From Adineta vaga (lineage: Eukaryota > Animalia > Rotifera): 64,000 nucleotides of DNA. A program made the translations under genes and the position numbers. The notes beneath the pieces are model-generated. The model was not told the origin of the DNA and searched no databases. It worked only from the letters and a program-made list of their open reading frames with translations. Position 1 is the stretch's first letter; each line of letters begins with the position of its first letter. The stretch lies in the NCBI GenBank assembly GCA_021613535.1, contig CP075492.1, positions 15,438,001 through 15,502,000 of the forward strand, in the 5' to 3' direction. Shown here piece after piece: positions 23,634 to 37,716 of this stretch.

Positions 23634-24960
23634 TTATTTAATGGATTTATATTTATTTTCCGGAGTATAATAAGTTGACGTTTTTCCAAGCGTAAGTCTC
23701 AATTCATCAACGAGTCGACACCAATTTGAACTTAATGTTCCTGCATGTAAATCTGCATGTGCTTCAATAAATAAATCCGTAAGAAATTCTAAAACAATTT
23801 CTCCACGTTTTTGTTTTGACATACGTGTTAATGAAGAAAAAACAATATTTTTTCGTGTTTTTATAGTGAATAAATTATAATAACCTTGTTTTTCTTTATT
23901 TAATTGAGTAAATTCATCGAATACTTGATTTTCTTCAGAATTCAGATAAACATTTGTAATATTTGCTCGTCGAGCATCTGCATCAAATAGATCAAAATAT
24001 TCTTTCAATGAATAAGCTCGAGCCATTTCTTTTCCACTAATTTTATCCGATCGACGAACATAAACAGCAATAAATGGATGATATAAATCGATCGATGATC
24101 TTTTTAAATATGTAGTTATGACTTTCTGAACATGACCTAATGTTTCTGGTTTATAACGCATTATATAAAAGATTAATTGTGCACGATACCAATTAAGAGT
24201 TCGATTTTGAAATATAAGTGGATGAATAGGTTTCGACCAATAACCAAAATTAGCATTGATATAAATTGTTTGTTTACCGTCAATAATACGCGGTACTGAA
24301 CAGTTGGTTATTGGCAAAAAAACACAATCTGGATTAGTAGAATTACAATTTCCATAGAGCTAAAAATCAAATAACTAAATAAATTCGAAGATAAGAAAAT
24401 ACTTGTTTACCCAATTTCCTTTCGTTTCATAGACAGCAATTCTATTATCTGCTAATGCTATACCAAATGCCCAAACAATTTGATGGATAGTCGATCCAAA
24501 ATCTGACCAAGCAAATTGTCGAATAATTGCAAATCGTTTATTTGTACAGTTTATAGGATGTTGATGATCAAATAACCATTTTTGTGCTTGCAAAGTATTT
24601 TCTATAGAAAATTCATTACTTGATGAATTAATACAAGAATTTAGTGGGTGTTTTTGGTCCTGCAGAATATTCAACGGTTCGACATGGTAATAAACGTGCT
24701 ATACGAAAATAGTTATCATCTGCAAATCGTAATGACCAGAGATGTGTTCGATTTTGTAATCCAGGAAATATATTTGCTTTGCTCGAGTAAACTGTCAACT
24801 TCAATTGATTTAATAGTGAATCATAAAAATAATCAAAATGCAAGCGTAAAAGGATTAACAGAATTCCAAATATCACTGTAAGTATTCCAATTCTGTATCG
24901 ATGAATGTTCTTTTTGATGAAAATCATAGTAGATAAGATAGTTGATTTATTCTTCTTCAA
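23634..24960 (-). CDS. Alpha-1,6-fucosyltransferase-like protein (GT23, FUT8/NodZ family), type II membrane, with an apparent 1-nt frameshift near 24650
   Basis: N-terminal TM, QHPINC..FGSTIHQ, VYVRRSDK (GDP-fucose motif), VYLNSE, GTLSSNWCRL. Intron at about 24360-24410. The frames 24628-24960 and 24375-24674 overlap with no room for an intron. Confidence 0.75.
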
Positions 24961-25919
24961 CTTGCAAAGAGAGAAACATTCAAGACAAGCACTACCTCTT
25001 TCGTTGTTGATGTTTAATGTGAACTGTTTAAATCAACTCGTCATGGTTGCTTTTATTTTAGTCTTCAACACTTATTTTATGACGACGTTTTAAAGACAAA
25101 AGAGGAAAAGTTCGGGTCTTTTTCTTTGTTCCGTTCTGTGTACATTAGTCAACAGCGAATCAAAAACGTGGCTGCATCCTTATTACACTATACGGATACA
25201 TTGTCGGCCGCTTGAATTCTACAAGTGAATCACAGGAAGTAAATCAATAGATTTTGTTTGAATAAAAAAACGTCGTTTTAAAATGTTTATTTAGTTTGTA
25301 AAACTGTAGACAATTTCTTTTATTTCGAATATTTTGCGTTCAGTATAATTGAAAACAAAATCGAATAAATAGCTCTATTAGTCTTACTATCGACAACAGT
25401 AATTAAATATAACATGATTAATGCCAAGATAAGAAACTATTTGTGATTGCATATTAAGATACTTGAGTATTTCAAACTATAAGATCGATTCGATTCTATC
25501 AATGAATGTAGACAATTAAGTTATAAAATCAATTTTCTGTAGGAATAATCTCTGTCGAATGTTGACATTTATTTATTTGTGTCCTCATCTGGAAAGTACG
25601 AATTCAAGTTTACGTCAGATTAACACCTACTCACTATCTCAAGATGAATATTATTTCATTTGTATGATATCCCTAACATGAAAAGCAATCTTTTAAGGTT
25701 TCATCCATTGTTTGCTATTACTTTCTTAGATCAATAATATACATATATATTTTAGTAAACGTATCTCTAACGGTTACTTCATAATCGAACCTTAAGCTAT
25801 AGAAATGCTTTTTCTATATTTTTTCTTAATGGTCTTCTTATCTTGTAACGCTGAACAATTATCAAATATAAGAAATAATTATGATATTTATGGTACACGT
25901 CTTATAAGTAATGATCATA

Positions 25920-27006
25920 TAATGGTTATTATTCCATCGATATGTATTCAACAATACCAATGATTTATCTTCTTCATCTTGAACCTCCATCAAAAATTTA
26001 TGTTTTAGATAATTTAACATTAACGAATGGTGATGATTTCGATTATGTGATGTCATTATCAATCGAACATGAAACTCAACAAATTCTTGTTAGTTTGCCA
26101 TGTTTTACTAAAACATATTTATTGAAATTTACTAATACACAGTTAACAACTGTTTATACTATATTCCTAATAATCAACAAATAATTTCATCGAAAATTAC
26201 TAAGAATCCAAGTGAATTTATACGTTTAACTGTTAGTAATGGTCAATCAGTAATTCTCACAAGTGCAGGACTTGTTCTTTATGTTCCACGTACACCAGCT
26301 GGTTATTGTAGTGAAATAACTGAAATTTCTGCATCTATGTCTCGAGTAATACCATATTTAGCTGGAACTTTTAACAATAATATTGATTCAAATCCATGTA
26401 CAATTTGTACGAATGGTTTTAAAAAAGATGATTCTGTATTAAATATCGAATGTTTACCTTGTTTATCTACATCATTATTTTATCCACTTGCTTCGATTAA
26501 TGATATTAATCAATCCAATTATCCATCAATAAATCAAGGATATCCTTATCCAAATTCACCTACAATTACAAATTTTGATGATTATAATGGGTATTCTTTA
26601 TTACTTACCAAATGGTCGACGTTATTTTAAATGATTAACACGTTTATTTCGACGAATAGATTGAGTTGGAGAAGGTGAATTATGAATAAGAGGATTGATG
26701 TCTTTTGCATTAATCGTATTAATTATATTTGGATTTTGGTTTGGATCTGTTTATATTAAACAATATCGAATTGAAACAACAACTGATGCTTATTTTTCAT
26801 GTGATCATTGGTTAAGAAGATCAACAAAAGTTATTAATCAAACTGAAGATCTTTATACAACTGATTTGATAATTTATAGTGGAATTTGGATTCCAACAAT
26901 GATAATTAAATTATTAAATGATCGAATTGCTTATGGACAACAAGGAACTTATATTCGATATTTATTATCAAAACAAGTTATTTGCTTTATCATTTGTATT
27001 ATTTAA
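25920..27006 (+). pseudogene. Decayed copy of a large Cys-rich membrane-protein gene
   Basis: Collinear fragments in shifting frames, with stops: PRTPAGYCS, AGTF..NPCTIC, CLPC, YPYPNSP..FDD, a TM segment, FSCD, YSGIWIPT. Confidence 0.5.
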
Positions 27007-27564
27007 ATTAACTTTTCTATCATTTACTTCAATTAATTACTATCAGATAAGAAAACCGATGGTCGCCAATTCATTCTTATCAAACGAAACTATAAATTTT
27101 CATATGAAATCTTTTCTAATGTTTCTTGTTGAGTTTAATTATCCTCACTTTTCTACTACGATAAAGAGAACAATAAAAATGAATGTATAACTATTCAATG
27201 AAAACATAATCGAATAGATCGATAATGCTATTTAGAAATAGTTTTATTTACTTTTTCCATCCGTTGAAACGTTAGATAAACACAAATGGTTCATCTTCGT
27301 TCGGTAAGATGGAATACTATCACATAGATTCGAACCTGTATACTACGGATTTGATACACCGATATATTAGACAAGTGAACTAAATTTAGTTGCTATCGAC
27401 TTGTTCATATATCGATATATTTATCTATATAATGAATTTCAACAGGATGGAATATTCAAAGACTTTTCGATTGTTTAGATAATCATCAATCAAGAGTTCT
27501 TTTTGTTATTTAAACTCTACGAATAAATTTAAAGAATTTCTGAATGTAAAAGTTAGATTTATAT

Positions 27565-29792
27565 TTATCGTTTAAACAATTTTTTTTCAATGATAAAAAA
27601 TGGTGTTTCAAAAAAGATCGAAACAAAAATCGCTGCAAAGTAACAGAGAAAAGTATGTGAAATAAAATTATTAAGTAGAAGATATCCTTGATAATAAAAA
27701 GGCATCGTTTGATTGTATATAAGTATATGAAGTATGGTTGAATGAACTAAATAACATGAATAATTAAGACGAGCGAATGGTGTCCAAATAGACCAAGAAA
27801 GAATATCATTTACTATTCCACCTTGATTTGTACTACATAAAAATAAAAGCCAACCAATAACCATGGACCAAAATGTTCGAGAAAGTGATATATATGCAAC
27901 AATGACTGATCGACTTAAACTATTGACATAAATATTATCCGGATAAGTTCCAAATAGACAAATCAAAGCAAGTGGAATAATTAGAATATTTCCTATTATT
28001 TGAATATATCGATTCATACGATATTGACGACCAGTAATTGTAACAATATATCCAGTTAAAAGTCCAATAGCATATGCAGATATACGACACCATGGTTTTA
28101 TGTAAACATATGTATAAAAACTTGGACCACCAAACTATTATGAAAGAAGAAGAAGAAGTAGATGGTCAAAATGATTTCATATAGAAAAACTAACATTATT
28201 AGTTAAAGTTGCTGGATTATTGAGTGACACATTTGGATAATAAAGAAGAATCGATAAAATTGAACCAATTCCAATGAAAACAAAACTAATTGCAATAGAA
28301 ATTGCCAAAGTTTTTCTTCGAAGTACAAATGGAATTAAAGTTAAAGGTGCAATCCAATGAAATTGCATATCATTATTTAAATACCATCCAATATTTAAAC
28401 ACATGTCATCTGATTTGATGAAATTACTAAGATAAAAAATCGAAGTCCACCATGATCCTTCCCGACAACCTTTTGATTCAAAACCTTGTTCAATTGGATA
28501 CATAGGTCCTTGTCCAAAATATGGTGTTAAATTTATACTAATTAGAATCATTAGTAGAAAGACGGGTGTTAATCGAATATATCGATGAATATAATAAAGA
28601 AAAATTAAACGAAATGATAGTTTTTCGTCTTTTTTCACTTGACGAAGAAATAAAATTGTTGTTAAAAATCCACTTAAAACAAAAAATGTATCCACACTGA
28701 ATTGGGCATCAGATATTAATTGAAATAATATATTGCGTGTTGAAGTTAAAATATCTGTTATATTATTTGTATACGATAAACTATATAGTAATGAATGAGC
28801 AATGATCACCCAAAATAATGATAACACTCGAATACCATTGAGAAATACATATGAATCATTATTATTCGTTTCTTTCACTGTAAATATTCGTCGAAGTGAT
28901 TTTAATGCTGAAAATTCCGATAAAAATAATATTCGTGACGTTCGATTTGATTTTGATTCAGTTCTAATTTCATTTTCATTAACTAAATCATCATATGTAC
29001 CATTATGTATTATAAAATTATGAATCGAAGTCATTTTCGATTTAGGAATAAGATCAATCATTGTTCCAATAAGTACAAGTAAACATAAAACTGAAAGGAC
29101 AATAATAGTTAGTATTACTCCATTTGAAAGATGTCTTTGTCCATTGGGTGGATCATTTGAACAAACAAAATTATCTTCAGTAATATTCAGTTGTTTAAAA
29201 AATAGTTCAATTAAAGAAACAAGTGATTGTCGATCACATGACGATGGAACACAAAGACCAAGAATAAGAGAAATTCTTGAATTTGATTTAGATGATGTTG
29301 GTAGAAGTGTACCTAAAATAAACTTTCAAATATATTCTATTAAATAAAAATAAATACATCCATACAATGTTGTGTAGTCAATGGTTGTGACATAAATGAT
29401 TTATTTGCTGGATCATACATTGGATAAATACATTCATTATAATTTCCCAACCAATAAACATTACCTTTTAGTATACCTGATGGTAATGGTTTTCCCCAAG
29501 CATCGAGTGTTTTAAGTGCCCATGTCTGTTTTTCAATTGCTGCTTGTAAAATTAATTGAAAATCTTGTTGACATGAATTTGTTTCATTATTTGATAATAA
29601 CAACGACATATATTCTAACATTTGTTCAGGTGTAAGATTGAATTCCACATGTTTAAGTAGATTGTTTAGGGAAATTTGTTGATATTCTTGTAAACGATCA
29701 ATAGCCAAATCAAATCGTAATGGAATAATTTGAGAGATTGTATTTAATAATAAAGAAAATAATACAAAGAGAGAAATAGTTAACATTTTCAT
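27565..29792 (-). CDS. Nose-resistant-to-fluoxetine-6-like O-acyltransferase (NRF domain + Acyl_transf_3)
   Basis: Signal peptide, LDAWGKPLPSGILKGN.YWLGNYNEC, NGIRVLSLFWVI.AH, VDTFFVLSG, HRYIRLTP, WYLNNDMQF, YIKPWCR, RLNYSCYLVH, FETPF. Two short introns. Confidence 0.9.
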
Positions 29793-31217
29793 TTGATTGT
29801 AAACTACTCATTGGAAGTGTTGTATTATATATATCTATAATGATTCAGTTCAAAAGATAAAATTAGCAAAACGAACTTTTTATCATTTATTTAAATGATT
29901 CATGTCGTTTTCTGTCTTTGACATTAGATTAAAGTTTATGATTATTTATTGTTTTTACATTCAGACCATTTAATAGTACGAAAAAGTTCTACTATATGTG
30001 TGCACTTTGAGTATTCGCACCTTAGTTATATGCGCGAACTTTTCTTACTGTGAGAAGATAACCAAGAGAAATAGGTTTCTTTTTCTTCAAGTCCTTTATC
30101 ACTATCTCATTTACATCGCCATCGGCGAACCGAGTATATATCAAAATATGATGTATCTTAGATAAAACAATATAAGTAAGTTTTCAAAACATATTATTAC
30201 TAGATGTTCTATTTTTATTCTAATGAAGAAGTTTTACAATAAAAAACGTAGATTGATTTTTACCATCAACGACAGATAATGGTTTCCATTTTTGAAAACC
30301 GTATGAATTGAAAATATGCTATTTATAAGACAAATGAAAAAATAAACACTCACTTGTCTATTGATACGATTTGCTAAATTCTTCGTATTACGTCATATCT
30401 TGCGAACTAATCGACCAGTATGATGATGATGCACTCAGTCGATTAAAGCATAAGTGCTGGATATAGTATCATTTGATATGATTAATGCATCAGATATATT
30501 TCCATCTTCTTTCTGATTTCAATGACAAATGAGTCAATTGTTCTCTCATTGCATATACGATACCTCCGCGTTGAAAGAAACTTCGTTTCTATTTCAGTCT
30601 GTTTCTCTCTCGTGGAACAGATTACTCTATTATGGTTACAGCAACGTGTTAGTCGTGTTCTATCTTTATATCTTTGATACAAATAAAATTCTTTTTTTTA
30701 CACATCGAATTTTTCATTTAGTCTGATCCGTATGATCTCATCGAATAATGGCATACATCTTCCATTAACTATTTAAATCGAACACAGTTAGATTGACGAA
30801 GACAGGATTAATTGAACAAACAAAAACCACATCGAGTTTAACGGCAATAAGACAACGGCTAAAAATGGTGAAATTGATGTACGTTGATACTTGAATCTCT
30901 AAATTGTATATTTTATTGGCAACAAAACTGCATTGCTTATTTAGTATCACATTCTTTCGAACAAACGGCTCAAATCATGTCACACAAGTGTTAATAATAA
31001 GTTCACAATTTGGTGCCTAAATTAGATAAAGACTACAAATAAATATCATTAAATTGTGATCAAAAATAGTACATCATTCAATACACATGATAGATAGAAA
31101 AACTGATTCATCCTATCTTGTAATAAAACTATATTTGTATGTTTTTATCAGAAGATCAGCACATGTTCAACAAGAAAAGAATGAGTTATTTATTTATATA
31201 ATACAAAAAAGTTGTTT

Positions 31218-32672
31218 CTATGAATTATTGAATTGTTGTAAATAATCATTCGTATTTTTCTGATATTTCAATTGTTCATGCATTGCTTTAAAAAGTTCAT
31301 CTGAATAGATGAAATCATCGGCTTGTTGTATATGTGAAAAAGCAATCATCGGTAATTTTCTCAATGTTCTTCCACTTAATCCATCACTTTGTTTTGCTAA
31401 ATTCCACAATTTTTCTTTGATTTCTTCAGATTGATTTGATGATGACGACGAATGAATGAGATGTTTTTCAATCAATTCATCAAAACAAGCTCGATAAATA
31501 TGAAAAATAGTTTTCAATGATGGTGGTCCAATAAATAAAGTTAAATCTGATCGATCAATCAATGCTTGATCAATAATTTCAATAAGATTTGATGTTGTTA
31601 AAATAAGAATATTTGAAAATGATTTCAAACGATCAATTTGTGTAAGAAGTGTATTAACAACACGTAACATATCAGATGGTTCATTCGATGATAATGATGA
31701 TGTTCGTGACATAGATAAAGATTCAATTTCATCAATAAGTATAATAATAAATGTCATTGGATCAAGACAAATTTGTGTTATATCTTGAAAAAATCTTGTT
31801 AAATTATGTGATGATTCAGAAAACCATTTCGAAAACAATGAACCAGCATTTAATTCATAAAAATAAAATTTCGAAAATAATTCTTTCATTCGAATTGAAA
31901 CTTTTTGAGCTAAACCTTTACATAATGTTGTTTTTCCACATCCTAAAAAACAAAAACGAACATGATTTTTCTATTCAAAATTATCTAATAGATAAAAGAA
32001 AAGAAACTAACCAGGTGGTCCATAGAGAAGAATTGTTTGATTACAATGAAGAACAGTTCGATCAATATTTGCTTTATCAAATCGAATTACAGTAAAAACA
32101 TATTGCATTAGTTGTGATTTTAATGGTAAATCAAATTCTAATGTTTCCCAAAGTGATTCAAATTGTTCATGTGGTAATGACCATCGTGAAGCAAATTGTT
32201 GTTTTTCATTTTCAACGAGAATTTCTTGAATAAATGGATGATCATCTTTTGTTTTATAGAGAATAATATTCATTGAATGAATATCTTCTTGTCGTTTTTT
32301 TATTTGATTCTCGTCGAAATGATCAATATAGATTCGTTTAACACATTCATTTAAAAGAGAATAATTCATAAATGAATGAAAGATAAATGAATGATTGAAA
32401 AATTCGTTTTGTTTTTGTACAAATTCATAGACTTGTTGTGCAAGTTGATCAAGAAGATTTTCTGATAAAATTCGACAATTAACTTCAATAAAAAATCCAT
32501 GAGCAAATGCTTGTGCTAAAAGTGGAATAGTCTTTTGTATTTGTTCATTTTTATTTTCAAGAGAAAATTTTTCATTAGAAAAAATTTTCGATTTTTTCAA
32601 TCGTTTTTTCAATTTCTTTCGTGTTGCTGCTGCTGCTGATGATGATGATGTGACGGGGATTGTTTCTCGCAT
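31218..32672 (-). CDS. TRIP13: Pachytene checkpoint protein 2 / TRIP13 AAA+ ATPase
   Basis: WSLP..FESLWETL, Walker A LLYGPPG|CGKT split by an intron at about 31943-32010, LFSKWFSES, Walker B IDEIESL, EPSDMLRVVNTLLTQIDRLK, GLSGRTLRKLP. Confidence 0.92.
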
Positions 32673-32915
32673 TAATATGAAATTAGAAATGATAAATACA
32701 AATTAACAAAATATCTTTTTGTATTAGAAATACGCGCGTCCTATTTTTGATTAAGAAAGAATTTTCTCTCTTTCATACACATCTGTTTCTCATTCTCTAA
32801 AGATCATCAAACATCTTCGATTGATTAACACTTCTGTAATATAATCGGTACAATCGTATAAGACATACTTATATCTTTATTGGTTATTTTCTACATGAGA
32901 GAGAGAGAAAAAAAC

Positions 32916-34677
32916 TTATATGGATTGAATTGTTTGTGAATATGAAAATGATTGTCGACATGATTGAAATAATTTCAAATAAGCTTTACGATATTTAATT
33001 TGAATAAATGGATAAAGAAATGGATTGCATGTTGAATTCATCCATAAAAGCCAAAATGAGATTTCAAAGATAAGTGTAGAAATCTTGATACCAGCTGTTG
33101 ATGCTGTAGCACAAATAACATATGGAAATAAGAATATAAGAAAAACAATAACAAGAATAAATAAAGATCGAGCAGCTTTACGATCACGAATAATTCGAAA
33201 ACGTTTTTGATAATAACCACTAAGTTTTGGTCGAGAACGACGTATGGTATTAATGTCTTGAAGATTAACTCTTGATGTATCGAAATCACATTCAATAACA
33301 GATTCATCGGGATAGTGACGAGACGTTGAATTAACAATACTAATAGATCTTCGAAGAGAATGTATTGGTATAGATATTTGATGACATTCTTCTAAATCAT
33401 TATTGACAGAAGAATGAATTTGAGATGAATTAATTCTTAAAGAAAAACAAATCTTCAGAAAATGTCAAAAGAAGAAGAAGAAGAAGAAGAAGAAAAACAA
33501 TTGTTTTACCGTGATAATCTATGCTGAACAATCGTCATATGATTATCGGACAAACGTTTTTTTTTCGGATTAGACGATGGCATTCTTATCATACTCGGAT
33601 TTTCTGTAATCATTAGCGATGGACAACTTTCAGTTGATTTTACTTGAAATTTCGGTATGTTTGGTAAATGATTTTCATCTTCAACTTCTTTACTTGTACC
33701 GAAAAACGATGATGTATGAACGTCACCTTTAGCTTTCTGATATTGTCTTAAACATATAAGACGACTCATTTTTCGACTTCGTTTCCAAATATTTAACATA
33801 ATCAACATATTTAAAACACATAAAACAACAAAAGGCCAGATAAAATAATTGAATTGTGCTATTAACATATACATAAATGAATTATTATAATCACCCGAAC
33901 AATCCGTTCGTGTAACATTGGTTTCTATCGGCGAAAAATTTATCAACCATATGCCCGGTGCAAAATTCACTAATGAATAAAAAACAAAAAAGCAAATTTC
34001 TTTTTCTCATTTCAAATTCAATTTCTTACAAAATGAAAGACACCAAATACAAGCCATAACTATATAAACAAAATGTTGTTTGACATATTTTCGATAAATA
34101 ATCGGATATGCAATTGACCAATATCGATTGATACTTATTGCTACGATATTAATTACACTAGCCATTGTTGCAACATCATCAATTGTAACCTAAGAATATA
34201 TCAGCAACAATCGTTATATTGCGATGAAAATCCTCTCTAGTTTTACCCAGATTTTACAAAAAAGTCTTCCAAATGGCCATGATTGTGTTAAACTAGTCGA
34301 TTATTAAACAATAATAATTTGTCTACATATTACAATAAAACTTACCTGAATGGAATATAGAATGGAATACAAAAGAATCCGACAAGAAAATCAGCAATTG
34401 CCATGTTCAATATAAAATAATCTGTTTAATTGTAAATAAAGAAGAAAAGTTCATTATTTATTAAAAAAGGAAATTTTCTATGTGATTCACCATTAATTGT
34501 ACGTAATTTTTTGTCACAATGAAATGCCAAAAGTACAATAATATTTCCCAATGCTGTTATAAACGCAATTAAACTTAAAGCAGTACCAAGCAATACGGAA
34601 AAAATGATTGATGACGAATCTGATGAATCTGTCATCGTATCATTGAATATTGCGAATGGAGGCGGATACATTATCAT
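32916..34677 (-). CDS. Aminergic class A GPCR (histamine H3/muscarinic-like), multi-exon
   Basis: GNIIVLLAF..KLRTIN|DYFILNMAIADFLVG, WPFGRLFCKIW, TM3 Asp in VTIDD, NRYWSIAYP, long ICL3, RDRKAARSL, WLLWMNSTCNPFLYP. Confidence 0.8.
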
Positions 34678-35787
34678 CTCATTTTCTATTACAAACCAAA
34701 CAAAAAAAGAAATGAATATTTCTAATCCATAAAGAAAGATCTTCTTACTAGAAAAAAACAAATCCATCGGAAAAAATAGGAAGGAACTGATGAGGAGAGA
34801 GAAAAAACTAATGCACTATATGATACCATCTCATTCTATAGTAGACGGAAATTACCATCAGGTAAAAGATGCATCTTGTCTTGAATAACAAGTTCTTTTC
34901 CAATTATTTCTACTTCACTGATATTTCTCAAGTCAGAAAATATCAATTAAATTAATCCTCTTCGTAATATTACCTAAAAATTTGTCTTACCTTTTATCTC
35001 TGTGTTTTTTTCATAAAGCAATCTTTTTATTTTTCTTCTTCACAAAGATAATTATTTTACGCTTTTCTTTGTCTTCTTTGAACTAGTTAATAATGTTTCG
35101 AAGAAATAGTGTTAATTTAACTTGTAACTTTTGACACTTGTCATCCTGAAAAAAGAAAAAGACAAATTCAATAATGATGACGATAATGACAAAGATCTGT
35201 ATTTTGTATGAGAGAAAATTTTCTTTTTCCTTTCTCATCAACAGAATTTTGCATACTTATAATGATAAGATGATGCCTACGGTAATGAGTACTCTTTATT
35301 TCCTTGTTATTTACAGGAAGTCTGACTATATTCTAATAGTGATTTCCTTCTGTCATATCATGAAAATCATTTTTTCGACAACAAGTATTTCATTGCTTTT
35401 TCTGACGAGAATTCTGAAAGGTTTCTTACTTTAGAGAGAAAGAAGTTATCTGTTTCTGTAATGGAAAACGAGTATATGAAGAAAAGAAAAAAAGAAGAAG
35501 AAACAGAAGATTCTCTCTCTTCACAGATGTCGTTCATTCACTGACAAAACAATATCTAATCTACTAACGACATCTATACAATTATTTAATCAGCAATTCA
35601 ATGTTGTTCTTAAATGAAAAGAAGAAAAAAAAAAGTATGAAAATATTTGTTGAATTTTTTTTCTCAAAAATAAAAACAAAACAAATCAAAGAGGAAAAAT
35701 CGATTGAAATGAATCATCATCGTCTTACAAAAGATTTTTCTTTCTTTATTTATTTCATTTATATATTCACAAACTAAGTAAGAAAAC

Positions 35788-37634
35788 ATGGTTTGGCCTG
35801 AAGTTGAACAAGTTGCATTACATCGTCGTTATGAATTAGTTTTATCAGGAGAGAAATTACGAAAATATTATGAAGAAAAACAAGCATTAGACGAAACAAT
35901 TTGGACGTTGACTCAATTGAATTTTCTTGAAATAAGTCAATGTTCATTAATTGAATATTTATCGAAAGATATTGAAAAATTAGTTCATTTATCAACATTA
36001 ACATTAACATCAAATAAATTAATAGAACTTCCAAATGAAATGAAACATCTAACAAATCTTCGTCATTTAAATCTATCAAATAATCAAATTGAACATTTAA
36101 ATGATGATTTATTTGAAAAATTGATTCAATTAGAAACATTAAATTTAAGTCAAAATCGTTTAGAAAATTTTCCAAAATTTTCTCCTGAAAATCAAAAATT
36201 AGCAGTTGTGAATTTATCTCACAATCAACTTGAACATCTTCCTGATTTTCCAATTGAATTAGAAAATCTTTCGTCAATTGATTTATCATCAAATCGTTTT
36301 CAAGAGTTTCCTGAAACACTTTTACAACTTCATTCATTGAAAACAATTCTTATTGAATCAAATCAATTGAAAGAAATTCCAAGTCAATTAAGTCAATTAC
36401 ATAAATTAAAAGGTTTCCTTTTGAACGAATTTTCTAAGGTTTTCCTAAGAGAACTTTTATTCTTTTTTTTTTCATAGAACTTCGATTTAAATCTAATCCA
36501 TTGAAAGATAATCGATTGAAAAAATTAATGGAACAAGATAAAATCAAACCTGTTCTGGAATATTTAGCAAAACAATGGAATGAACAACAAAAATCATCTT
36601 CAACAACAGCAAAACCAACGTCACAACAAAAGCAACAACAAGGAAAACAAGCTGAACAAATTGTTCAAGATAAAATCGAAATTTTACATTTTGATCAATC
36701 AGAAGATTTAAAAGGAAGACAAAGTTTGTATTTGTATTTCAAGAAAAAGTTCAGTTTAAAATTCATTGATTTCTTCTAGTTACTTTATTACCAAGAGTAA
36801 TCAATGTTCGACCACATATTCTATGTTGTATTTTAAGAAATATTGATCTTGTAACACCAGGAAATTTAAAGAAATTCTTAAACTTACAAGTAATCTTTTG
36901 TTGAAGATATTGATTGAAAAGCATTATAAATCTTTCTTTTTATTGATTTAGAATGATTTACATGATGATATTTGTCAAAAACGTACATTAGCAACTATTG
37001 GTACACATGATTTATCATTAATCTCGGGAAATTTGGTTTATGATGCTCGAAATCCGGATGAAATCGGCATTGTACCACTTGGTAAAGGTCCAAAATTAGT
37101 ATCAGCAAGAGATTTTTATGATCAATTATGTCGAGATGCTGAACATGAAAGAAAATTAAAAAAACGAAATCAACTTTCTGGTCTTCATAAGTATGTAATT
37201 TTCATTTTTGATATTCTTTTTCAAATCATATTTATTTCTTTACCAGATATTTAACATTATTAGAAGATCAAACTGAATTTCCATGTTTATCCGATCAAGA
37301 TCGTTATGTTATTTCACTTCCACCATTAACAAATTCTGAACGAAGTAAATTAAGTCCGACAAGTGAATCGATCTTTGTTGAAATAACATCAAATCATTCG
37401 ATGGATACATGTCGTCGCGTAATGGATGCATTTCTTCGACAAGTTCTTCAAAATGGTTTAGGAAAAAAATCTGAACAAGATAATCAGTATCGACAAATTT
37501 TAGTTTTACAACAAACACGTGTTGTTGATGAAAAAGGACAATTAAAAACAACATTTCCTTCTCGTACTGATCTTGATTGGAATGAAATTTCTCAAGGAAC
37601 TATTTTTATTGAACGATTAACAAATGAAAAATAA
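35788..37634 (+). CDS. LRRC47: Leucine-rich repeat-containing protein 47 (LRR + PheRS B3/B4-like domain)
   Basis: MVWPEVE..RRYELVL start, LRRs, then VRPHILCC, KKFLNLQ, ICQKRTLATIGTHDL, VISLPPLTNSE, FPSRTDL. Four short introns. Confidence 0.88.
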
Positions 37635-37716
37635 AAGTTCATTTTTTTTCTTTTGGTTTTAGATATTCTTTCTTCTTTTCTGTTTTCGTTGCATAAAATG
37701 AAATAAATTGACGAGA

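Noticed and set aside
35774-36346. 190-aa antisense ORF, and many similar short overlapping ORFs
   Set aside because: These are shadows of real coding regions (here the LRRs of LRRC47) with no independent motifs.
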